Part shown: piece after piece, positions 56,452 through 64,000 of the stretch
How positions within the stretch are numbered: position 1 is the first letter of the stretch
How the letters are laid out: every line of letters begins with the position of its first letter
Assembly (NCBI GenBank): GCA_028707065.1
Contig: JAQTUZ010000001.1
Span: 1,551 to 65,550 of the forward strand
From: Patescibacteria group bacterium
GTDB lineage: Bacteria; Patescibacteriota; Patescibacteriia; Patescibacteriales; WJLG01
Direction: 5' to 3'
DNA: 64,000 bases
The notes under the pieces: generated by a model
What the model was told of the DNA's origin: nothing
The model's input: only the letters and a program-made list of their open reading frames with translations
The model's database searches: none
Translations under genes and position numbers: made by a program

Positions 56452-57594
56452 TTATTGTTTAATAGGCATAATAATATATAAATATCCTTTTTCACCCAGC
56501 GGCTTGATCAGGCACGGCGTATTGCCGTCAATCACTTCCAGCTTGATCGTTTCTTCGTCGATATTATTCAAGCCGTCCAATAAATATTGATAGTTGATGA
56601 TAATGCCGTTGTCAATGCCGTTGGTTTCAGCTTCAATCTTGACGATATTTTCGCCGGTAGTGCCGGAGGCCGAAGAAACGATCACTTGATTTTTTCCTTC
56701 GGGAAAGTCCAGATTAATATCATTGATGCCGCTTTTGGAAAAAAGCGCCGACGCCTTAATGGCCCTGATCAATTCAAAACGGTTCAGCACGGCCGTGGTT
56801 TTTCCGGCCGCGGGAATAATCTGTTTATAATCGGGATATTGCCCCTCGATCAGGCGAGAAATCAATTCGGTATTATCGACCGCGAATAATATTTGATTGT
56901 CGTTGATGTAAAAATTAATTTCCTTTTTACCCCCCTCGCCCTGGTCCAGGCCGGCCAAAATTCTTAATATTTCCTGAATGGTCCGGGCCGGAACAATGAC
57001 CTTTTGCTCTGGAACGGCCTTGTCTTTCCCCTCGCTACCCTCCTCTTTGATCTCCAATTCTTTTTCCGCCAAGCGATAGCTGTCCGTCGCCGCCAAAACC
57101 AATTTGTTCTGGCCAATCGTCATTAAAACTCCCGACAACTCGATGCGCGATTCACTGTTAGCCGCGGCAAAAACCACCTTGGCCAGCGCGTTCTTCAAGT
57201 CCGCGATCTTGACGGTTTTCTTATTTTTTTTCTCAATTTGCGGAATCAAAGGAAAATCCTCGCTCGCCTCGGTTTTTATTTTTGTCTTGAAATTTTCACA
57301 CTCCACGCGTAAGACCCCGTCTTCCTTGATCAGATCAATTTTTTTATTAGGTAAAAGGTTGATGTAATCGGCAAAAATTTTGGCATCTACCGTAAAACTT
57401 CCTTCTTTTTCCACTTTCCCCCGGATAAAATGAGTAATACCCACTTCCAAATTCGTCGTCATCAGCCGCACACCCTCTTTTTTAACCTCCACTAAAATAT
57501 TATTTAAAATCGGCAAGTTGGCATTTTTGCCGGCCAAGTGGCTGACAATAAATAACCCTTGTTTTAAATTTTCTTTTAGGATCGAGAGGTTCAT
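56452..57594 (-). CDS. dnaN: DNA polymerase III subunit beta (sliding clamp)
   Basis: 380 aa; three-domain clamp similarity; immediately downstream of dnaA. Confidence 0.9.
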   Translation of the reverse strand: MNLSILKENLKQGLFIVSHLAGKNANLPILNNILVEVKKEGVRLMTTNLEVGITHFIRGKVEKEGSFTVDAKIFADYINLLPNKKIDLIKEDGVLRVECENFKTKIKTEASEDFPLIPQIEKKNKKTVKIADLKNALAKVVFAAANSESRIELSGVLMTIGQNKLVLAATDSYRLAEKELEIKEEGSEGKDKAVPEQKVIVPARTIQEILRILAGLDQGEGGKKEINFYINDNQILFAVDNTELISRLIEGQYPDYKQIIPAAGKTTAVLNRFELIRAIKASALFSKSGINDINLDFPEGKNQVIVSSASGTTGENIVKIEAETNGIDNGIIINYQYLLDGLNNIDEETIKLEVIDGNTPCLIKPLGEKGYLYIIMPIKQ

Positions 57595-57840
57595 ATCTTT
57601 TATTAATTTAATATCTTTATTTAATAATAGTAATAAGCGAGTGGATAAGATTGGAAGAAAAAAATTATTGGTTAATATTAAATTGTTTATTCGTATAAAG
57701 CGGTGAATAAGGGTGGGGATGGAGTGTTGAAGGGTTTTAACGGTTTGGGGAAAAGTCCGCTCCGGCGGGACTTATCCCGAAACTGTAAAAAATTATGCGG
57801 TGGTTGTTAACCGTGTTTGGCGGCCTTGTTCACAGCTTGC
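57595..57840. promoter_or_regulatory. Candidate oriC segment in the dnaA-dnaN intergenic region: DnaA-box-like 9-mers plus an AT-rich stretch
   Basis: AGTGGATAA and GGTGAATAA (8/9 and 7/9 matches to TGTGGATAA) with a neighbouring AT-rich run (AAAAAATTATTGGTTAATATTAAATTGTTTATT). Confidence 0.4.
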
Positions 57841-59214
57841 TCACAAAGGCGAACTATAAAGAATTTGCCTGATCGACTCGATCTCCTGGATAACCTTTTC
57901 ATTTTCCTTTGATTCAACTTCGTCCAAAATTTTATTATAAGCATGCATGGCCGTGGTGTGATCGCGCCCGCCCAATTCCGCTCCGATGGTCGGGTAGGAA
58001 TAATTGATCTCCTTGCGCATCAAATAAATGGAAATCTGGCGCGGCCAGACCAGCTCTTTCTTGCGGCCCTTGCCGACCAGATCCTTATTTTCAATGCTAT
58101 AAAAACGGCAAACAGCCTCCATAATATCGCGGGGGGAAATTGAGCGGGCCTGCGTTGAAACGATCAGGTCGTTGAGGATGCTCTTAACGGTTTTTAGAGT
58201 CGGAGCGGTATTGTTGAACTCGTGATAGGCGACTACTTTATTTAGGGCGCCCTCCAGCTCGCGGATATTATTTTTAATATTGGTTGCGACATAATGGAGG
58301 ATTTCCGTATCAAGCAGATAATTTTTTTCCCGAGCCTTTCTTTCCAGGATGGCCACCTTGGTTTCGATGTCCGGCTGGCCGATATCGGCCACCATGCCCG
58401 ACTCAAAGCGCGAGGCTAACCGCGTTTCCAGCGCCGGAATCAGTTTCGGAGGTTTGTCGGAAGTGAGAATTATTTGTTTGTCGGCTTGCTGCAGTTCGTT
58501 GAAGGTATGGAAGAATTCTTGCTGGGTGCCGTCTTTGCCGCCCATGAATTGCACATCATCGATCAAGAGCAGATCAACATTGCGATAGCGGTCTTTAAAA
58601 TCCTTGGCTTTGCCCGACCGGACCGAGTTGACATAATCGTTGGTGAAATTTTCGCTGGTGGTATAGAGAACTTTATTGGTTCTTTTGGCGATCTCATTGC
58701 CGATAGCCTGCAAAAGATGAGTTTTTCCCAAACCGACGCCGCCATAAATGAATAAGGGATTATAAACGCGGCCGGGGTTGTTGGCCACCGCCTGGCAGGC
58801 GGCATGAGCCAGTTCGTTGCCGCGGCCGACGACGAAAGATTCAAAAGTATATCTGGGATTGAGCCCGAAGCGATTGACGGAAGAAACTATTTCGCCGGTT
58901 TCGCCGTTTTCTTTTTTCTTTTTGAGATGAATTTTTTCCAAGAGTCCGACGCCCGGGGAAGATTTTTTAAGCTCGACTTTATACAAAATTTCTTTGATCT
59001 TTTGGTTGACGACATGCTCCAGGGCGCTGGCTATTTCTTTGTGATATTTTGTTTCCAGCCATGATTTGGTAAAAGCGTTGGGAACGCAGAGGATCGCCTT
59101 GCCTTCTTCGAAAGAAGAAACAAAAGTATTTTTAAACCAAGTGGTGAAGTTCGCTTTGGACAAATTCAATTCGATTTCGCCCAAGGCCGCTTGCCAAATT
59201 TGCTCGTTATTCAT
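57841..59214 (-). CDS. dnaA: Chromosomal replication initiator DnaA
   Basis: AAA+ Walker A GGVGLGKTHL, sensor motifs and a C-terminal DNA-binding domain, 457 aa. Confidence 0.95.
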   Translation of the reverse strand: MNNEQIWQAALGEIELNLSKANFTTWFKNTFVSSFEEGKAILCVPNAFTKSWLETKYHKEIASALEHVVNQKIKEILYKVELKKSSPGVGLLEKIHLKKKKENGETGEIVSSVNRFGLNPRYTFESFVVGRGNELAHAACQAVANNPGRVYNPLFIYGGVGLGKTHLLQAIGNEIAKRTNKVLYTTSENFTNDYVNSVRSGKAKDFKDRYRNVDLLLIDDVQFMGGKDGTQQEFFHTFNELQQADKQIILTSDKPPKLIPALETRLASRFESGMVADIGQPDIETKVAILERKAREKNYLLDTEILHYVATNIKNNIRELEGALNKVVAYHEFNNTAPTLKTVKSILNDLIVSTQARSISPRDIMEAVCRFYSIENKDLVGKGRKKELVWPRQISIYLMRKEINYSYPTIGAELGGRDHTTAMHAYNKILDEVESKENEKVIQEIESIRQILYSSPL

Positions 59215-59339
59215 AGAAGCAAAGAGTTTTTTAAAGTGGTTATATCTTAAGGTAAGTAAAAATTTTTTGCAATAGCATCCCGAAAATCGCAGGCCGCGAC
59301 AAGTAATTAGTATATCAGAGGCGAGTAAATTAAAGAAGG

Positions 59340-59380
59340 CTGTAAATGTTCATAAGGTGTTGATAAGAGGTGGATAAAAG
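59340..59380. promoter_or_regulatory. Two tandem DnaA-box-like sites upstream of dnaA (TGTTGATAA, GGTGGATAA)
   Basis: 8/9 matches to the consensus TGTGGATAA, spaced ~9 bp apart. Confidence 0.4.
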
Positions 59381-59561
59381 AAATTGGTTAATTAGGTAAT
59401 TAGGAGATTGGTTGTTCGGCTAAAGTCTTGACTGTTGTCTGGTTTTTTGATAATGTTTTTATTAATGAAAGCGAAAAAAATTCGTTTTTTGTTTTTTAAT
59501 GATATAATAAGGTAGTCCTTCGACTGCGCTCAGGACAATTTTTGAGCGTAGCTCAAAAATT

Positions 59562-59635
59562 GGAGTGGTAGTTCAGTTGGTTAGAACGCTTCCCTGTCAC
59601 GGAAGAGGTCGCGGGTTCGAGTCCCGTCCACTCCG
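59562..59635 (+). tRNA. tRNA-Asp (GTC)
   Basis: Manual cloverleaf: acceptor GGAGTGG/CCACTCC, anticodon loop CTGTCAC, T-loop TTCGAGT. Confidence 0.9.
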
Positions 59636-59641
59636 CTCAAA

Positions 59642-59680
59642 ATAAAACAGACGGCATCAGGCCGTCTGTTTTATTTTGAG
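59642..59680 (+). terminator. Intrinsic terminator after tRNA-Asp
   Basis: AAAACAGACGGC-ATCAG-GCCGTCTGTTTT followed by T-run. Confidence 0.7.
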
Positions 59681-59685
59681 TAGAT

Positions 59686-60140
59686 TGAGGAAGCGGGACT
59701 CGAACTAGGCAGGAGCGAGACAAGTTTGCCGCCGCAATTCCGGCGGCGGTAAACGTAGTCGAGCGTCCGCCGACCAGCCGGGGGCTGGTCGGCGCTGCCT
59801 CTGGACAAGTGAGCGGAGCGGAAGCGACGCGAGCGCGACAACCGTTTGTTAAAATTGAACTGCTTGGCTCGGCGAGGGACTCGAAAGCCGGAGCGATGCC
59901 AGCCGAGCTTTCCGGCGAGGCTGGCCGCGAGGCGGGGTCGCGACCGAGCGAGCGGAAGCGAGCGAGAGTTGTGACCGAGTCCCGTCCAGAGCGACGAATA
60001 ATCGAGCGACGCCGGCCTTTCGGGAAAAGGCTGCCGCCAACCCTGGACAAGAGAGCGAGCCGCTTTCCGGCGGCGAGCGAACGCGGAAGTCCAGTCTATT
60101 GCCAACTGCTTGGCTCGGCGAGGGACTCGAAAGGCTCAAG
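59686..60140. repeat. GC-rich repeat array downstream of tRNA-Asp containing direct and inverted copies of the tRNA-Asp 3' end (GGGACTCGAA x3, CGAGTCCCGTCCA)
   Basis: Also holds a duplicated 30-mer ACTGCTTGGCTCGGCGAGGGACTCGAAAG and a ~100-bp module (59883..59997) shared with the tRNA-Ala locus. The 137-180-aa ORFs predicted here are artefacts. Confidence 0.7.
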
Positions 60141-60261
60141 CGTTGTGCGGCGGGCTTTTTGGGGCCCGCCGCACCGCGAGCCGCCTGACCAATTTTGGAT
60201 AAAAAAAGAGGTCCGCGTTTTTGCGAACCCCGTTATTTGTTATAGCCGTTTTTCCGGCACA

Positions 60262-60608
60262 TCATGTAAAACTCATTATCCTTCCGAGACACCCGAGGTA
60301 TTTTATTTCCCCGGAGTTTACCGAATATTGCAAAGTTGCTCCGCCGCCTGACAGACAGGCGATATCCGCGAAAGAAATAGTGGCCAGTTCTAGGCTGACG
60401 GTAAAGTCGGTGATCGTAAACCCCCCGTTTCTTTTACCCTGAGAGTATTTTTCGAAGATGGTTTCGATCTTTGCTTCTGTTTCCAGATCATCCGGGACAT
60501 AGAATCCGCCCGGCCTTTCTTTTTTGTTGATGAGGAGATCTTTCAAGATGCCCCGAAACGTTGCTTCGTTGCTTTTAGCAACCGGTAAATAATTATTTAC
60601 CCCATTCA
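60262..60608 (-). CDS. Hypothetical protein
   Basis: The start at 60608 (MNGVNNYLP...) has an AAGGGG SD-like sequence; the longer ORF-track N-terminus is unlikely. Confidence 0.4.
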
Positions 60609-60764
60609 TGGTTAGCCCCTTCCCAAGTAAAAGATGATTAATATATAAATTTAAAGACACGGTTTTTATTTAAGTGAGATTATCACATCTTTCTCGGTTT
60701 GTCAATAGCACAATATTTACGGTGAAACAAAAAAATAGCCAGATCTTAAAAAACTGGCTATTTG

Positions 60765-61010
60765 CTAAAAGTCGCTTCCTATTTCTTGCACGTAGAATTC
60801 CCCTTTAAACAGATCGCAGAAAGTGATTTTATAACGGACCATTTTTCCACTTTCATTCTCCTGGGAAAATGACATCATGACGTCCGTTTGGTCTTTCAGA
60901 ATGACTTCGCCGATTTCCGTGCCCTTTATGTTCACCAACCGTAATTTTTTTCCGGCGGGAAGCAAGCGAGGAATAGCGGGCAGGGCAAACTTAATAAGCC
61001 GTTTATCCAT
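60765..61010 (-). CDS. Hypothetical small protein
   Basis: The start at 61010 (MDKRLIK...) has an AAGGAGGG SD 6 nt upstream. Confidence 0.4.
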   Translation of the reverse strand: MDKRLIKFALPAIPRLLPAGKKLRLVNIKGTEIGEVILKDQTDVMMSFSQENESGKMVRYKITFCDLFKGEFYVQEIGSDF

Positions 61011-61113
61011 AAAGCCCTCCTTAAAGGACAAAAATATTTAACTCTAATAATATCGCGAGTGCTAAAAATGTCAAGTAGTTTCGCCAGAAAACATAAAAGC
61101 CGCTTTAAGGCGG

Positions 61114-61833
61114 CTAAATGGTTCTTTCTTTTCCCACGATTATTTTTATTTTTTCATCACCCACCTTTATCCGAGCCGGCGTCTTGATTTCCAGGGCGTT
61201 ATCAGTCACAACCAGCCCGTTTTTATTGACAATCAGCAGATCTTGGAAAAAAAACAGGCTTTCCCCCTTCTCGTCGCGCACCACCATTTTTAATTTTTTT
61301 TCCGCCAATTTGTCCTCGGGCCAAGTGGGAATATTTTTAATTTGGATTGCCGAAGGCTTTTGATTGTGGATCAGATAATTTTTATCAATTTCCAAAATAG
61401 TTTCCGGCGCCTGCATGGCCGCGCTAAATAAAAAAAAGCCATTGTTAATACTGGCTAACCGAAAGCTTTGCAGGCGGCGGGCAAGCAAAATTTCGCAAGC
61501 GCTGCTGATGGAATTGATGCCAAAAGTTCTGGCGATATCATTCCCCTTTTCTACGATCGGCACTATCCCTAAGGTCACTAAATGATGCTCGTCGCTTTTA
61601 TTTCCGGCAATGGCGTTGATGATCTGGGCGACCGTGCGGTCATTGCCTACGGCTACGATCGTTCTTGTCCCTTGCCTGATCTCGTCGTCCACGGCGACTT
61701 TGACATTTTTGGAAATACCGAGCCGGATAATTTTTCCATTCAAGCTAAGGTCAGTAAGCCGCTTTTCTATTTTATAGAGAAGCTTGCCGTATTTTGCTTC
61801 ATTAGTGAAGCTGTCGTAGATATATGCGTACAT
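61114..61833 (-). CDS. Diacylglycerol/lipid kinase catalytic-domain protein (DAGK_cat-like, degenerate GGDGT motif)
   Basis: TIVAVGNDRTV where DAGK_cat proteins have VAVGGDGT, followed by LGIVP..GNDIAR. Confidence 0.5.
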   Translation of the reverse strand: MYAYIYDSFTNEAKYGKLLYKIEKRLTDLSLNGKIIRLGISKNVKVAVDDEIRQGTRTIVAVGNDRTVAQIINAIAGNKSDEHHLVTLGIVPIVEKGNDIARTFGINSISSACEILLARRLQSFRLASINNGFFLFSAAMQAPETILEIDKNYLIHNQKPSAIQIKNIPTWPEDKLAEKKLKMVVRDEKGESLFFFQDLLIVNKNGLVVTDNALEIKTPARIKVGDEKIKIIVGKERTI

Positions 61834-61881
61834 AAAACAAAAAAACTGCCTAAGGGCGCTATATTTTAGAGTTCTTAAAAA

Positions 61882-62361
61882 TTATTTTTCGTCTTCAATT
61901 TCTTCGATGATTTTTTCCTCCTTTTTTTCCGGTTTTTCCACGGGCAGATTTTTAGTCATCACAATTTTGCCATTGATCACCGCGCCGGCCTCAACGGACA
62001 AAGAAGCGCATTCGATATCACCGAAAACTTTGGCTGAAGCAACGATTTGCAATTCCCCCTCGATCTTGATGTTGCCGCGGAGTTCGCCGCCGATCCGCGC
62101 GGTTTTGGCCTCAACGTCGGCCGTGATATTGGCCCGATCGCCAATATAGACATTGCCCGCGGTTTTGACGCCTCCTTTTAAGACGCCTTCAATGACGATA
62201 TTTCCCGAACTGTTGAAATTTCCCTTGACTATTACTGAAGGGCCGATGATAGTTTCGGCGTCCTTAAAATTTTCTCTGGTTTCCTGCTTGAACATAATTT
62301 TATTATGGTCAATCGATGAATCGCCGCGAGCGAATAACCAATTGAGTGCTTTTAGAGACAT
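61882..62361 (-). CDS. Bactofilin-family cytoskeletal protein with an acidic C-terminal tail
   Basis: Repetitive beta-helical G.V.G.I pattern (IEGVLKGGVKTAGNVYIGDRANITADVEA...). Confidence 0.6.
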   Translation of the reverse strand: MSLKALNWLFARGDSSIDHNKIMFKQETRENFKDAETIIGPSVIVKGNFNSSGNIVIEGVLKGGVKTAGNVYIGDRANITADVEAKTARIGGELRGNIKIEGELQIVASAKVFGDIECASLSVEAGAVINGKIVMTKNLPVEKPEKKEEKIIEEIEDEK

Positions 62362-62547
62362 AAATATTTTTTAAAATTTATAATAATATTTCAAGATTTA
62401 TGGTAAATAGCCGGAACTTTATTATTTATCTTACTGCACTATTGACATTGTGTCAAAGAGCTATATAATAAAAATAGCCATAAAAGCCCACATTTGCGGG
62501 CTTTTAAATTCTATTGGTCAGGACGAAAATATTTTAGCGATAATATT

Positions 62548-62619
62548 GTCCCCATAGTTCAACGGATAGAACGAGGATCTCCTAAGTCCTAAATCCATGT
62601 TCGATTCATGGTGGGGACA
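62548..62619 (+). tRNA. tRNA-Arg (CCT)
   Basis: Manual cloverleaf: acceptor GTCCCCA/TGGGGAC, anticodon loop CTCCTAA, T-loop TTCGATT. Confidence 0.85.
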
Positions 62620-62866
62620 CAGGGAAATTAAAAATTACAAATTAAGAATTAAAAATTTAAGGGTTAATGGTTATAACATGTAATTGTCAAGATTAAATTA
62701 CCGGACTTTAGTCCACGATATTGTGTACTAAAGTTAATGGTGATTATAAATATAGGCTAATATTAAATAAAATATATATTAATAGCTAATATTAAACAAG
62801 ATATTACGGTTTTTCAAAAAACAAACAATTTGTAATTTATAATTTTTAATTTATAATTGATTAAGA

Positions 62867-62940
<74 letters not shown>

Positions 62941-62949
62941 CATAAATTT

Positions 62950-62980
62950 TAAAAGCCTGACCTGCGTCAGGCTTTTAAAA
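62950..62980 (+). terminator. Intrinsic terminator after tRNA-Ala
   Basis: AAAAGCCTGAC-CTGC-GTCAGGCTTTT. Confidence 0.65.
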
Positions 62981-62989
62981 TTTATTCTG

Positions 62990-63520
62990 AACAAGGAGGC
63001 TTGAAAGCCGGAGCGATGCCCGAGGCGCAATTTCGGCGCCGAGGGCCGCGAGGCGGGGTCGCAACCGAGCGAGCGGAAGCGAGCAAGAGTTGTGACCAAG
63101 TCTCCTTGGGTCCACCTTCGCCCGCCAAAGCGGGCTACGGTGGACGCAGTCCACTACTCCTGCGAAGGAGGGAAAACAAAAACCGCGGTTTTCCGCGGTT
63201 TTTGCTTTGTCCAAGGAGACTTGAACTAAAGGGGTGTTAGGGGAAAGAATTTCCCCTAAGATTTGGGGGAGGTACTGGAGGGGCGGAAGTCCCTCCAGAG
63301 AGGAGCGGAAGCGACGATTCAAGTCTCCTTGGGTCCACCTTCGCCCGCCGGAGCGGGCTACGGTGGACGCAGTCCACTCGTGTCTGCGAAGGCGGGATTC
63401 GCCCGCCGGAGCGGGCTTCGGTCGCACGCCGCCATAGCTTCGGCGACGGCGCGTGGACGCAGTCCACTAAAGCCGCGAAGGAGGGAAAACAAAAACCGCG
63501 GTTTTCCGCGGTTTTTTAGT
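62990..63520. repeat. GC-rich repeat array downstream of tRNA-Ala with three or more extra copies (direct and inverted) of the tRNA-Ala 3' end (AAGTCTCCTTGGGTCCACC), two ~100-200-bp tandem units ending in the AAAACCGCGG-TTTT-CCGCGGTTTTT terminator hairpin, and a ~100-bp module shared with the tRNA-Asp locus
   Basis: Copies at 63098..63118, 63207..63225 (inverted) and 63320..63340; shared module at 63003..63114 against 59883..59997. Confidence 0.7.
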
Positions 63521-63526
63521 ATGATA

Positions 63527-63976
63527 CTATTTTTGTTTATCGCTAATATTAGGCCCATCTCCATTGGCCGGAATATCAGTTTTTGAGTTTTCATCGGCCA
63601 ATTCTCGATTTACAAATATCATCCAGACGAGTAATCCAGCTATAAAAACAGCAAAAATAAGAATATTCAATGTTTTTTTGTGGCTATCATTAGATAAATT
63701 ATTACTAATAGTTTTTTGAAAAACCAAATTAGACGACGAGTTTGACGCGATATTATCAATTTTGGTTGAATCCTGCATGTCAATGCTTGCGGGCGTGGTT
63801 GTGGCAATAATCTGGGGGGAACTAATGCAAAAAGGCAACGTGTTTGATCTGCGACTCTTGTTTCCTTTTTTATCTTGTGCGATTGCGTAAACGAGATGGT
63901 TTCCTCTTTCCAGCGACGCCTTTGGCGAGTAACTAAAAAATGAGGTGCCGGATGATTCATTGCCGGTCGGAACCAC
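63527..63976 (-). CDS. Hypothetical membrane-anchored Ser/Asn-rich protein (AT-rich; may extend beyond the window)
   Basis: ORF with one TM segment and low-complexity sequence. Confidence 0.3.
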   Translation of the reverse strand: MVPTGNESSGTSFFSYSPKASLERGNHLVYAIAQDKKGNKSRRSNTLPFCISSPQIIATTTPASIDMQDSTKIDNIASNSSSNLVFQKTISNNLSNDSHKKTLNILIFAVFIAGLLVWMIFVNRELADENSKTDIPANGDGPNISDKQK

Positions 63977-64000
63977 AGAAAATAGCTTATTGTCAATGTA

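Noticed and set aside
56452-57594. Reading dnaN plus the small gene at 56288..56440 as a dnaN-recF-type arrangement
   Set aside because: The 50-aa basic ORF has no RecF or YaaA features. It is kept only as a hypothetical small protein.
59637-60351. 137-180-aa ORFs (59637..60105 -, 59809..60351 +, 59849..60139 -) and similar ORFs at 62975..63594
   Set aside because: They lie within the GC-rich repeat arrays downstream of tRNA-Asp and tRNA-Ala. They are Arg/Ala/Ser-rich, overlap each other on both strands and lack start signals, so they are artefacts of stop-poor GC-rich repeats.

Overview
This 64-kb window looks like a compact bacterial chromosome segment of mostly housekeeping genes, with a short-gene, hypothetical-rich layout that fits an uncultivated lineage, possibly Candidate Phyla Radiation; that placement is an inference. 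The dnaA-dnaN region with DnaA-box clusters is a probable oriC. Recognisable genes include ychF, two tandem family-1 solute-binding paralogs, a sensor kinase plus a receiver-only regulator, RNase J, secG and the infC-rpmI-rplT operon. Further along are a phospho-sugar mutase, smpB with an adjacent tmRNA reconstructed on the minus strand, tig, ppaC, nusA and two SDR epimerases. The remaining set comprises recQ, folD, aroB, glyA, a TerC membrane protein, an Elp3-like radical-SAM/GNAT protein, rpsO, pnp, a class A PBP, and four tRNAs (Leu-TAA, Asp-GTC, Arg-CCT, Ala-GGC). The most unusual content is at least eight families of short dispersed repeats, either palindromic or with terminal inverted repeats, resembling miniature inverted-repeat transposable elements (MITEs). 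One family has GC-rich ~130-190-bp elements with ~30-bp terminal inverted repeats (TIRs); another is a GC-rich palindromic ~48-bp element. Copies of these two families sit in-frame inside the Elp3-like and RecQ genes without stop codons, as Rickettsia palindromic elements do. Two palindromic copies are read in opposite orientation and one in a shifted frame, and a variant of the TIR family shows compensatory stem changes. A third family, ~110-125-bp AT-rich elements with TIRs, lies 6-13 nt upstream of the start codons of rpmI, tig, terC and a NYN-domain gene, and splits the infC-rpmI and rpsO-pnp operons. The tmRNA, tRNA-Asp and tRNA-Ala loci are followed by arrays of duplicated tRNA 3'-end fragments, some fused to a shared ~100-bp GC-rich module, which look like integration scars. 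The ssrA locus also carries an AT-rich HNH endonuclease gene beside tRNA-Leu. Other notable points are a 37-bp hairpin repeat flanking an AT-rich GT2 gene cassette, a 16-C homopolymer in the promoter region of an OppA-like gene, and a ~150-bp palindrome-bearing module duplicated upstream of the two-component operon and of a neighbouring acidic-protein gene. Several short ORFs missing from the supplied track are also reported.
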